Origin: a bacterium
GTDB lineage: Bacteria > Patescibacteriota > Doudnabacteria > UBA920
Assembly (NCBI GenBank): GCA_021825655.1
Contig: JAKAGU010000001.1
Location: 50,358-114,357, forward strand
Length of the DNA stretch: 64,000 nt
Direction: 5' to 3'
Part shown: one piece after another, positions 51,821 through 60,223 of the stretch
Position numbering within the stretch: the first letter of the stretch is position 1
Layout of the letters: every line of letters starts with the position of its first letter
Made by a program: the position numbers and the translations under genes
The notes under the pieces: generated by a model
What the model was told of the DNA's origin: nothing
Database searches by the model: none
Seen by the model: only the letters and a program-made list of their open reading frames with translations

Positions 51821-54064
51821 ATGAAAAAAGACAAAAAGCCTGAAGAAAAAAACAAGCTCCAGCCGCCCCGACTCAACCTTTCAGCCGAAGCTAAGCGCGG
51901 AATAGCCGTTGTGGTTTTTGCTACCCTTGCCGTTATTACTTTTTTGGCTGTGGTAGAATTGGCCGGCTCGCTGGGAGCGGCTCTGCTTTCGGGGCTGAAA
52001 TGGATTTTTGGGGTACTGGCCTATTTCGTACCGATTTTTTTGCTGCTGATCGCCTGGCTGTTGGCCAACCACCGCATGCCGCATGACGATGAAGACCGGG
52101 GAGAGGACCGCGGGTTTTATTGGCGGGTCTATCTGGGCTCCCTGCTGATGCTGGGCAGCATTGCGGGCCTGGTCCATATTTTTTATTTGAAAAACGGCAG
52201 CACGGCCTGGGATTTGGTGGCTGCCGGCAAGGGCGGAGGATTTTTGGGTGCCGGTTTTGGCGGCGCAGCTTTTGGCTTGCTGGATTTTTGGGCGGGCGGC
52301 AGCCTGCTTTTGGCCATTTTGGTGATTGGGGCTTTGATGGCCTTCAATGCGCCTTTGCACAAATTGTGGTTTAAGGACAAAGAGCAGCAGCCTGAAGAAG
52401 CGGAAAAGAAAGCCAAGGCGGGCGAGGTGAAGATTAATGCCATGGCCAGCGAGGGGTTTGTGAGCAATAAGGTTTTGGATCGGAACAAAAAATTGAAGGA
52501 AGACTTGGACGAGGGAGAGGTTTCTGTACCTGAACCGGTCCGGGAAAAACTTGAAACCAAAATTATCAACGCGGGCGGCGCTTCTAAGGCTATTGAGCTG
52601 GATACGGTCAAGGTAGACAATAAAATAGACTACAAGCTGCCCTCGTTTGACCTTTTAGAACAGGGCGCCAGCGACGTGGATAGCGGCAACATTGAAGTGA
52701 ATATTGAAATTATCAGGAAGACCTTGGCCGATTTCGGCATTGAGGTGGAAATGGGTGAGGTGAATGTGGGGCCGACCGTTACCCAGTATACTTTGCGTCC
52801 GGCCACGGGCGTCCGACTGAACCAGATTGCCGCGCTGCAAAACGACCTGGCTTTGGCGCTCTCCGCGCATTCTATCCGCATGGAATTGCCCATTCCGGGC
52901 AAGGCCTTGGTCGGTATTGAAGTGCCGAATAAATCTACGGCCATCGTGCGCTTGCGCGATGTCATGCAGACGCAAGAATTTGTAAACCACAAAAGCAAGT
53001 TGGCCTTTGCTTTGGGCAGGGACGTGGCCGGACATACCATGGTCGCGGATTTGGCCAAGATGCCCCACCTGCTGATTGCAGGCGCCACTGGCACGGGCAA
53101 GAGCGTGGGGATTAACAGCCTGCTGATTTCCCTGCTGTTCCGCAATACGCCGCAAGACGTGAAGTTTATTGTTGTGGACCCAAAAAGGGTGGAGCTGAAT
53201 TTGTATAACGGCATTCCACACCTACTGACTCCGGTCGTCATTGACCACGAAAAAGCGGTGAATGCCCTGAAATGGGCGGTTTCGGAAATGGAACGGAGGT
53301 ATAAGCTGCTTTCCGAGGTCGGCAAGCGCAATATTATAGAGTATAACGAGTCGAACGAGCTGAAGATGCACTACATTGTTATCATTGTGGACGAATTGGC
53401 CGACTTAATGGCTGTTGCCCAGGCTGATGTGGAAGCGGCGATTGTGCGTTTGGCGCAAATGGCCCGCGCTGTGGGGATTCATCTGGTCTTGGCCACGCAG
53501 CGGCCCAGCGTGGAAATTATTACCGGTTTGATTAAAGCCAACATCACTTCCCGCATTGCCTTTGCCGTGGCCAGCCAGATTGACAGCCGGACTATTTTGG
53601 ACGGCTCAGGCGCGGAAAAACTGCTGGGTAACGGCGACTTACTGTTCACTTCCGCGGAATTCAACAAGCCCAAGCGCGTGCAAGGCGCATACATAGGCGA
53701 AAAAGAAGTTAAGAAAGTGGTGGACTTTTTCAAAAACCAGGCGGGCGCGGTTATTTATAACGAGGAGATTTTGGAAAAGCCGAAAAAATCCATGGGTATT
53801 CCTGGTTTCGAAGGCGACGAGGATACTGACCCGTTGTTCGAAGAAGCCAAGGAAGAGGTTCAGCGCATGGGCAAGGCTTCCACAACTCTACTGCAGAGGC
53901 GGCTGAGGATTGGTTATGCGCGCGCGGCCCGGATTATGGACATGCTGGAGCAGGCCCAGATTATTGGTCCGGGCGAGGGTGCCAAGCCCCGTGAAGTTTA
54001 CGGGGCCATTCCCCAGGCAGAGAAGGCCGAATACGGGGTGGAAGAGGATAGCGAGGAAGTGTAA
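51821..54064 (+). CDS. ftsK: DNA translocase FtsK/SpoIIIE
   Basis: 747 aa with N-terminal TM helices, linker, motor domain Walker A (GATGTGKSV) and Walker B (IIVDELADLM), and a C-terminal gamma winged helix. Confidence 0.9.
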   Translation: MKKDKKPEEKNKLQPPRLNLSAEAKRGIAVVVFATLAVITFLAVVELAGSLGAALLSGLKWIFGVLAYFVPIFLLLIAWLLANHRMPHDDEDRGEDRGFYWRVYLGSLLMLGSIAGLVHIFYLKNGSTAWDLVAAGKGGGFLGAGFGGAAFGLLDFWAGGSLLLAILVIGALMAFNAPLHKLWFKDKEQQPEEAEKKAKAGEVKINAMASEGFVSNKVLDRNKKLKEDLDEGEVSVPEPVREKLETKIINAGGASKAIELDTVKVDNKIDYKLPSFDLLEQGASDVDSGNIEVNIEIIRKTLADFGIEVEMGEVNVGPTVTQYTLRPATGVRLNQIAALQNDLALALSAHSIRMELPIPGKALVGIEVPNKSTAIVRLRDVMQTQEFVNHKSKLAFALGRDVAGHTMVADLAKMPHLLIAGATGTGKSVGINSLLISLLFRNTPQDVKFIVVDPKRVELNLYNGIPHLLTPVVIDHEKAVNALKWAVSEMERRYKLLSEVGKRNIIEYNESNELKMHYIVIIVDELADLMAVAQADVEAAIVRLAQMARAVGIHLVLATQRPSVEIITGLIKANITSRIAFAVASQIDSRTILDGSGAEKLLGNGDLLFTSAEFNKPKRVQGAYIGEKEVKKVVDFFKNQAGAVIYNEEILEKPKKSMGIPGFEGDEDTDPLFEEAKEEVQRMGKASTTLLQRRLRIGYARAARIMDMLEQAQIIGPGEGAKPREVYGAIPQAEKAEYGVEEDSEEV

Positions 54065-54101
54065 GCCATTAATTTTTTCCGGCTGAATCCAGGAAACAAG
54101 C

Positions 54102-55076
54102 ATGGTTTTTGAAAAGAAAAAAATTCGAATGGAAACTTTGTCTGAATATCTGTCAGCCGTCCGGCAGGGTGCCGGGCTGTCATTGGCTGAGGTTTCCGGC
54201 AAGACCGGCATTAAGCAGGTGTTTTTGGAAAATCTGGAAGCCGGCAATTTTTCGCATTTGCCAGCCGATGTATATGTGTGCGGTTTTCTCAGGCAGCTGT
54301 CGGAAATGTACCGCGTGGAAGCCGCCAGCCTGATTGAACAGTTTAAAAAAGAAAAAGGCATCTACGGCCAGCTGCAGGGCAAAGTGCTGGCCAGGCAGCG
54401 CGGCTGGAAAAGGTTTTTTGACCGCCTGACAATTACGCCCAAGATTTTAACCCTGGTGCTGGCCGTAATTTTTGTCAGCGCCAGCGTGGCTTACATTGTC
54501 TGGCAGGTCTTTTCCATCAACCGCATGCCGACCCTGGAAATAACAGAGCCCCAGCCGAACCAGGTGATAAAAAATTCTTTTGTGAAAGTTAAGGGCAAGA
54601 CCGATCCCGGCATGTCCGTAACGGTAAATGGCCAATCGGTTTTTGTGGAAAGCGACGGCGGTTTTGAGACCCAGCTCAGCCTGACTTCCGGACCAAAAGA
54701 TATTACGGTAGCGGCTAAAAACAAGTTTGATAAAAGCGTGGCTAAAAACGTAACCATTATCGGCGAAGTGGACTCTGCGGTATTGGCTGCCAGCATTCAA
54801 AACAAGGTTCAGCTGGTGCTGAATTTTTCGGGTAATGTGGATTTGGCTTATGTTTTAGACGACGGCCAGAAAAATAAGATTGCCTTTCACAAAGGCGACG
54901 CCAAAACCCTTTTGGCAGAAAATAAAATCAGCATATCAGTCTCTGATGCGGGGGCGACATCGGGGGTGCTAAACGGCCAAGCGCTGGGGGCTCTGGGCCG
55001 CCCAGGGGAAGCCCTGTCGGATATTCCGTTCTCCGCAGATGCGGTTGCGCCCACAGGGGACAAAAACGGCAAGTAA
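54102..55076 (+). CDS. rodZ: RodZ-like cytoskeleton-associated protein (HTH_XRE plus TM plus C-terminal beta domain)
   Basis: 324 aa. N-terminal HTH (LSEYLSAVRQGAGLSLAEVSGKTGIKQVFLENLEAGNF), a single TM (ILTLVLAVIFVSASVAYIVW), and a Ser/Thr-rich extracytoplasmic domain. Preceded by a good SD-like aggaaa. Confidence 0.6.
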   Translation: MVFEKKKIRMETLSEYLSAVRQGAGLSLAEVSGKTGIKQVFLENLEAGNFSHLPADVYVCGFLRQLSEMYRVEAASLIEQFKKEKGIYGQLQGKVLARQRGWKRFFDRLTITPKILTLVLAVIFVSASVAYIVWQVFSINRMPTLEITEPQPNQVIKNSFVKVKGKTDPGMSVTVNGQSVFVESDGGFETQLSLTSGPKDITVAAKNKFDKSVAKNVTIIGEVDSAVLAASIQNKVQLVLNFSGNVDLAYVLDDGQKNKIAFHKGDAKTLLAENKISISVSDAGATSGVLNGQALGALGRPGEALSDIPFSADAVAPTGDKNGK

Positions 55077-55226
55077 ACTTTTTTTGAGTGGATATCTTTT
55101 ATTTTCCCTCGTATTTTTCCAGGAAAATGGGCGAAATTAAGCCATTGACTTTTGGTGAACGATTGTATACCATTATTATATTGAGCAATAACAGCCAGAA
55201 ACCAAAATACTAACAGGTTAAAATAT

Positions 55227-56282
55227 ATGGCCAAAAATACCAAAGCCCCTGCTGAAACGGGCAAATGGAAAGCGGTTGAGTCAGCGCTTGACCAGATAAA
55301 AGACAAGTTTGGCGACGGGAGCATTATGAAGCTCTCGGACACCAAAACCTTGGACATTGAAACCACGCCGTCCGGCAGCATTTCTTTGGATATCGCCTTG
55401 GGCGCGGGCGGCATACCCAAAGGCCGGGTAATTGAAATTTATGGTCCTGAGAGTTCAGGTAAAACCACTTTAACTTTGCATATGATTGCGGAGGTGCAGA
55501 AAAAAGGCGGCCTGGCGGCTTTTATTGATGCCGAGCACGCGCTTGATCCGGAATACGCAAGACGCATCGGCGTCCGCTTGGAAGACTTGTTGATTTCACA
55601 GCCGGACAACGGCGAGCAGGCTTTGGATATTTGCGAAACTCTGGTGAGGAGCAACGGGTTGGACCTAATTGTCATTGACTCTGTGGCCGCGCTGACTCCG
55701 CGCAACGAAATTGAAGGCGAGATGGGTGATTCGCACATGGGCTTGCAGGCCCGGCTAATGAGCCAGGCTCTAAGGAAGCTGACCGCCATAATTTCCAAAA
55801 CCCATACCACCGTGATTTTTATCAACCAGATTCGCATGAAAATCGGCGTGATGTTCGGCAACCCGGAAACCACCACGGGCGGCAATGCTTTGAAATTTTA
55901 CGCTTCGGTCAGAATCGAGGTTAGGCGGATTGCCCAGATTAAAGCCGCGGAGAAAATTATCGGCAACCGGGTGAAAGTGAAGATTGTAAAAAATAAGATT
56001 GCCCCGCCTTTCAAAACCGCTGAATTTGATATTATGTATAACGAAGGTATCAGTGCGGCCGGCGACCTGCTGGATACGGGGGTGGCCCTGGGGGTGATTG
56101 AGAAGTCCGGCAACACCCACCTATTCGGTGAAGTTAAGCTGGGGGTGGGCCGGGAAAACGCCAAAAATTTTTTGAAAGACAATCCGAAAGTTTTTAAAGA
56201 CGTGGACAAAGCCGTGCGCGATAAAGTCAAAAGCGGGGAGGCGGTGCCAAGCAAACCGGAAGCCGCTGACGAGTCCGAATAA
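55227..56282 (+). CDS. recA: Recombinase RecA
   Basis: 351 aa with Walker A (GPESSGKTT) and the RecA signature ([14 protein letters not shown]). Confidence 0.95.
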   Translation: MAKNTKAPAETGKWKAVESALDQIKDKFGDGSIMKLSDTKTLDIETTPSGSISLDIALGAGGIPKGRVIEIYGPESSGKTTLTLHMIAEVQKKGGLAAFIDAEHALDPEYARRIGVRLEDLLISQPDNGEQALDICETLVRSNGLDLIVIDSVAALTPRNEIEGEMGDSHMGLQARLMSQALRKLTAIISKTHTTVIFINQIRMKIGVMFGNPETTTGGNALKFYASVRIEVRRIAQIKAAEKIIGNRVKVKIVKNKIAPPFKTAEFDIMYNEGISAAGDLLDTGVALGVIEKSGNTHLFGEVKLGVGRENAKNFLKDNPKVFKDVDKAVRDKVKSGEAVPSKPEAADESE

Positions 56283-56288
56283 GATTTT

Positions 56289-56321
56289 GGCCCCTGCGGC
56301 TTGCCGCAGGGGCTTTTTTAT
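56289..56321 (+). terminator. Intrinsic terminator after recA
   Basis: GGCCCCTGCGGCttgCCGCAGGGGCttttttattt. Confidence 0.65.
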
Positions 56322-56340
56322 TTGAAAGTTAAATGATAAA

Positions 56341-58797
56341 ATGCAAGCTATGGGCACTGACAGACAAAGAAAATTAGCCAAAACTGGTTTTGTAAAGACT
56401 ATGAAAAAGCCTGGTATAAAAAAAATTGTTGAACCAGAAAACGAGGATGACGGCGCGCCGGTTTATTGCAGTCTGGATATTGAAACTACCGGTTTTGATC
56501 CGCTGACTGAAGAGATTTTGGAAGTCGGGTTCGTTTTCTTTAAAGCAACATCCGAGGGCCTGAAGCCGTTTCAGGAGTGGACTCAGGTTTTTTGCCCCAG
56601 CAAGCCGGTCAGTCCGAAAATTCTTGGCTTGACCGGGATTACTCCCAAAGAGCTGGCGGCCGCCCCGCAGTTTAAGGAGTTTAAAGATTTTTTGCAGGAA
56701 AAACTTGGCAATGCGGTGATTGTCGGCCACAACATAGCGTTCGATATTAAATTTTTGGAAAATTTCGGGATTAAGTTTTCTGGGGGCCAGCTGGATACTT
56801 TAGAGCTGGTGCAGTGGCTGCTGCCTTCCCACCATTCGTACAACCTGGAAAACTTGATGCACTTTTTTAAAATCCCTCATGAAGAGGCTCACCGGGCATT
56901 GGCTGACGCCAAAGCCGCGTTGCTGGTTTTGGAAAAACTTCTAGGACTTTATGCCGGGCTGCCCAGCCAAACCAGCGCCAGAATTTTAGAAATTGTCAAA
57001 CCTTTTCATTTTTCCTGGGCGCGGCTGCTTCCGGCTGCGGCCAATTTTAAGCCAAAGGCAGCGGCTTTGGGCAAAAAAAAAGCCCCGGAACGCAAAAAAC
57101 CAGCGAAGGCTGCCGGGGAATTCGAAGCTTTTAAACTTGCTCCGGGGATTTTGTATGACTTTCCTCTGTTTTCGCAGTATGCCGGTTGTTTGCTGGAAAA
57201 ACTAAAAGCCGCAAAACGCAAGAGTTTGCTGGTTGTGCCAAAGAAACAGCAAGTGATGGACATTTGGCGCTCCGGCCAGGCCCAAAGCGTATTTTTACCT
57301 GCTGAAAGTTTTGACCCCGCGCGTTTTGAAGCCATGCTGAATAAGGGCCAGCACACGCCGGAAGAAGCTAAGTTCTTGCTCAAGCTTTTGGTCTGGCAGG
57401 CTACGAATTGGCAACAACAGGGCTTGGGCGATTTAAACCTCACTTTTTTTGGAGGCCAGTTCAAATCCGCCGTTGCCCGGAGCGAGTTTTTGTTGGACGA
57501 AACAGCCAAGGTTTGGGTATGCGACACCCACACTTTTTTATCGCTGAGCCGCAATGGCGGGGCGCTGGCCGAACGCCTGGTCACGGTCATAGGCTTGCCT
57601 GAACTGGAAAACGCTTTAAGCCTGGGAATTAGCCACCGGGTTTCGTGGAGTTTTATCACCTATCTGCTAAAGTCCTATTACAATCCGGAAACTCAGACAG
57701 GCAGCCTAAGCTATGAAGCTACGGTGCAGAACGCCATTAATGAGGCCGATTTATTTTTTGGCTTGGCTAACGCTCTTTTAAAACAGAATCCCGCGGGGTT
57801 TGAATATTTTAAGGTTTTACCCGGCACGGAGCAGGCGGATAATTTTCAAAAGGTGAAACAAGCAGCCGCAAATTACGCTTTGAAATTATTGGAAACAGCG
57901 CAAAGCCTTGAAGCCGAAGCCTTGGCGGACACGGCGCGCAATTTGCAGGCATTTTTTGAAAACGTGCCCAATAGAGTAAAGTGGGTTGAATTGGCAGAGG
58001 GCCGTTGCATTTTTTATGACAATCCGGTGAATTTGAAAGAGCCTATGGAACGGGTAACGGCGGCCTGCGGCCAGTTGTGCTTTGCCGACAGCCTGTCCCA
58101 GCCCAAGGTGGTGGAGCTGTTTTTGTCCCGCTTGGGCCTGGATACTTTAAAAGTTAAAGGGGTACAGGCTGCTGCCCAGACCAGGCGTTTGCTCCAAGGT
58201 GATCTGTTTTCAGGCTGGCTGGGCCGGATAAAAGCCGAATGCCAGCTGCAGGCCAGCGGGCTTTTAGATTCTGAACTTAAGGCCTACCTGCAGCCCAGCA
58301 GCTTGCCTGCTGCGGTCCTGTTTGCCGGTCCCTTACAGGTTAAGGAATTTTATGAGAAGAACTACGAAGATCTCCAGGCGTATGCCAATGTCTTGAGCCA
58401 AAACCATTCCGGAGGCAGTAACAAGCTTTTTAGGAACTTTGAAATTTATCCGGAAAGCATCTTGCTGGCCACAGACAAGCTGATTTTGAAATATTTGACC
58501 GAGTCCGCGGGCAGCGCCTTAGATTTTTTGTCTGTAAAAACTCTGATTTTGGGCCACCTGCCTTTTGAACAGTACACGCACCCCTATTTGGAAGCGGTAG
58601 CAGGCACCTATGAACGGCCGTTTGAACAGTTCAGTCTGCCTCGGGCTGTATACAATTTAATCAGAATTTTACGCTTTTTCTATACTAACAAGCTAAAACA
58701 CGTGGTAATAGCCGACCCTAAGCTTTCTAAGGAATATGCCAGTGCCTTTGTTGCTTTGGTCCAAAAAATCCCGGGTTTTCGGGTTAAAGTGGGTTAA
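56341..58797 (+). CDS. DinG-like protein: N-terminal DEDDh 3'-5' exonuclease domain fused to a Rad3/DinG-like helicase-like domain with degenerate ATPase motifs
   Basis: 818 aa. Exo I DIETTG, Exo II HNIAFDIKFL and Exo III HRALADAKA are intact. The C-terminal ~600 aa resemble the DinG helicase C-region (motif VI-like RILRFFYTNKLKHVVIADPKL, motif V-like AAVLFAGPL) but no Walker A GxGKT/S is found, and WVCDTHTF replaces DEAH. Confidence 0.6.
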   Translation: MQAMGTDRQRKLAKTGFVKTMKKPGIKKIVEPENEDDGAPVYCSLDIETTGFDPLTEEILEVGFVFFKATSEGLKPFQEWTQVFCPSKPVSPKILGLTGITPKELAAAPQFKEFKDFLQEKLGNAVIVGHNIAFDIKFLENFGIKFSGGQLDTLELVQWLLPSHHSYNLENLMHFFKIPHEEAHRALADAKAALLVLEKLLGLYAGLPSQTSARILEIVKPFHFSWARLLPAAANFKPKAAALGKKKAPERKKPAKAAGEFEAFKLAPGILYDFPLFSQYAGCLLEKLKAAKRKSLLVVPKKQQVMDIWRSGQAQSVFLPAESFDPARFEAMLNKGQHTPEEAKFLLKLLVWQATNWQQQGLGDLNLTFFGGQFKSAVARSEFLLDETAKVWVCDTHTFLSLSRNGGALAERLVTVIGLPELENALSLGISHRVSWSFITYLLKSYYNPETQTGSLSYEATVQNAINEADLFFGLANALLKQNPAGFEYFKVLPGTEQADNFQKVKQAAANYALKLLETAQSLEAEALADTARNLQAFFENVPNRVKWVELAEGRCIFYDNPVNLKEPMERVTAACGQLCFADSLSQPKVVELFLSRLGLDTLKVKGVQAAAQTRRLLQGDLFSGWLGRIKAECQLQASGLLDSELKAYLQPSSLPAAVLFAGPLQVKEFYEKNYEDLQAYANVLSQNHSGGSNKLFRNFEIYPESILLATDKLILKYLTESAGSALDFLSVKTLILGHLPFEQYTHPYLEAVAGTYERPFEQFSLPRAVYNLIRILRFFYTNKLKHVVIADPKLSKEYASAFVALVQKIPGFRVKVG

Positions 58798-58918
58798 TTC
58801 AACAGGTTATCCACAAGTTATAAAAAAGCATTATAATAGCTTAAATCAGCATATTTAATCAAGAAAATTTGAATTTTTCTTATAAATAAGCCATTTATTT
58901 TTAGCATCAGAGCATATT

Positions 58919-58952
58919 CTTGACACGCCGTAAATACCCTGATATGATGAAT
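58919..58952 (+). promoter_or_regulatory. Near-consensus sigma70-type promoter
   Basis: TTGACA, 17 nt spacer, TATGAT. Perfect DnaA boxes at about 58808-58816 (TTATCCACA) and about 58963-58971 (TGTGGATAA) flank it. Confidence 0.5.
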
Positions 58953-58954
58953 AT

Positions 58955-59395
58955 ACTGAAGTTGTGGATAAAGAGCACTTTAAAAACTCAATAACTGGAC
59001 TGAGGAAAATAGCCTTAAATTGTTGAGATTGAAGGTTGCTTTCCTCTTAACTCCTCGTCATAGCCTGTCCAATCCAGGCTGATTGCAAAACAAAAACAAA
59101 AAAATGAAGTTGCCTCTCATCCCCATGAAGGCAAAAGGCTGTTTCAAAATAAAACATGCCCCAAAAATTGTTAGGTCTTCGGACCCCAAGAGGAGTTTTG
59201 AGTGCAGTTTTAAAGCAGATTGGGCATAAAACGCTTCTCTTTGGCTGTTATGCCAAAGAAGGCCTGAATCGCCAGAGTGTTGGCTTCTGCGTAACTAGTT
59301 TACGCGGATACCATCCGAGTGATTTGGGTTACAAGCGCCCAAGGACGGCTGACATATTATTTTAATTTGCAGCGCCCGTCGGGGCGCTTTTTCAT
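58955..59395 (+). ncRNA. Candidate unclassified structured RNA (~440 nt) or long regulatory leader
   Basis: No ORF of 60 aa or more on either strand across about 660 bp. Bounded by a consensus promoter and an intrinsic terminator (AGCGCCCgtcgGGGCGCTttttc). Contains at least five perfect hairpins (agcctg/caggct, GGTC-UUCG-GACC, ctttggc/gccaaag, gcgtaa/ttacgc, and the terminator). Confidence 0.3.
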
Positions 59396-59461
59396 TTGTA
59401 TTGGAATTTCGGGTGGGTTATAATATCGGCACAGCCTAAAAAATTTAAAAAGACTCTATAT

Positions 59462-59767
59462 ATGTTATCGCAAACATTTGTTGAAGAAATGAAGCAGAAG
59501 CTGCTTGACGCCAAGGCCAAGTTTGAGCAGGACCTGGCCGGGCTTTCGCCGCACACCGAGCTCGGCAACGGCATGGACGAAAGCGCTGAAGAGCTGGAAA
59601 TAGACGAGGTTAACCAGGATATGATTGTGCGCCTCAATGCGGATCTGGCAAAAATTGCCAAAGCCCTGGAGAAAATTGAAAAGGGCACCTACGGTACGGA
59701 TGACGCGGGCCAGGAAATTACCGAAGCCCGGCTGAAAGCTTTACCCTGGGCTGACAAGGCAATGTAA
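59462..59767 (+). CDS. DksA/TraR (YocK-like) family protein lacking the Cys4 zinc finger
   Basis: Start at the internal ATG (MLSQTFVEEMKQKLLD...). The C-terminal EKIEKGTYGTDDAGQEITEARLKALPWA aligns with the DksA/TraR zinc-finger region, but all Cys are replaced. Confidence 0.5.
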   Translation: MLSQTFVEEMKQKLLDAKAKFEQDLAGLSPHTELGNGMDESAEELEIDEVNQDMIVRLNADLAKIAKALEKIEKGTYGTDDAGQEITEARLKALPWADKAM

Positions 59768-59789
59768 AGGGCGCAAACCAGCAAGTTTT

Positions 59790-60209
59790 ATGATAAAAGA
59801 CTCGATATCCAAATTATGGCAAGGGTGGGCTTGGGTTCCGGTCTTTTTTTTATTGGTGGCCGCCGACCAGTACACCAAATTCTTTGCCCGCAACATTTTT
59901 TTAAACAACCGCTTTGCCTTTAGCCTACCGGTTCCCGTTTGGGCCATGTATGGAATTTATGCCGCTGTGCTGTGCAGCAGCATGGCGTATTTTTTAAAGC
60001 GCCGTGAAAGTATGGGCTTGTGGCCGCGCCTGGCTTGGGTGCTAATCTGGGCCGGGGCTGTGTCAAACGTAGGCGAACGCCTGGTGCTGGGCTACGTTCG
60101 GGATTGGTTCTATATTCTAAACGGCGTGTTCAATCTGGCCGACGGTTTTATCATATTGGGTATACTTATATTATTGCTTCGGCATAATCCAGCCGATAAT
60201 AACGCGTAG
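59790..60209 (+). CDS. lspA: Lipoprotein signal peptidase (signal peptidase II)
   Basis: 139 aa 4-TM protein with LspA motifs (GAVSNVGERLVLGYVRDWF, FNLADGFI). Confidence 0.8.
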   Translation: MIKDSISKLWQGWAWVPVFFLLVAADQYTKFFARNIFLNNRFAFSLPVPVWAMYGIYAAVLCSSMAYFLKRRESMGLWPRLAWVLIWAGAVSNVGERLVLGYVRDWFYILNGVFNLADGFIILGILILLLRHNPADNNA

Positions 60210-60223
60210 GTATTTTTAAATTT

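Noticed and set aside
59156-59365. 69-aa plus-strand ORF, and a 41-codon ORF at about 59104-59229, inside the candidate RNA region
   Set aside because: Neither has a ribosome-binding site or a conserved-looking composition, and the 69-aa ORF runs through the terminator hairpin. Left as non-coding, though small-protein coding is not excluded.
58955-59395. RNase P RNA or tmRNA as the identity of the long non-coding region
   Set aside because: The size is suggestive, but I could not find the conserved RNase P blocks (GGAAAGUCCGG, AGGGUGAAA, ACAGAAACCCGGCUUA) or the tmRNA ends (5' GGGG and the 3' tRNA-like GGTTCGA...CCACCA) on either strand.
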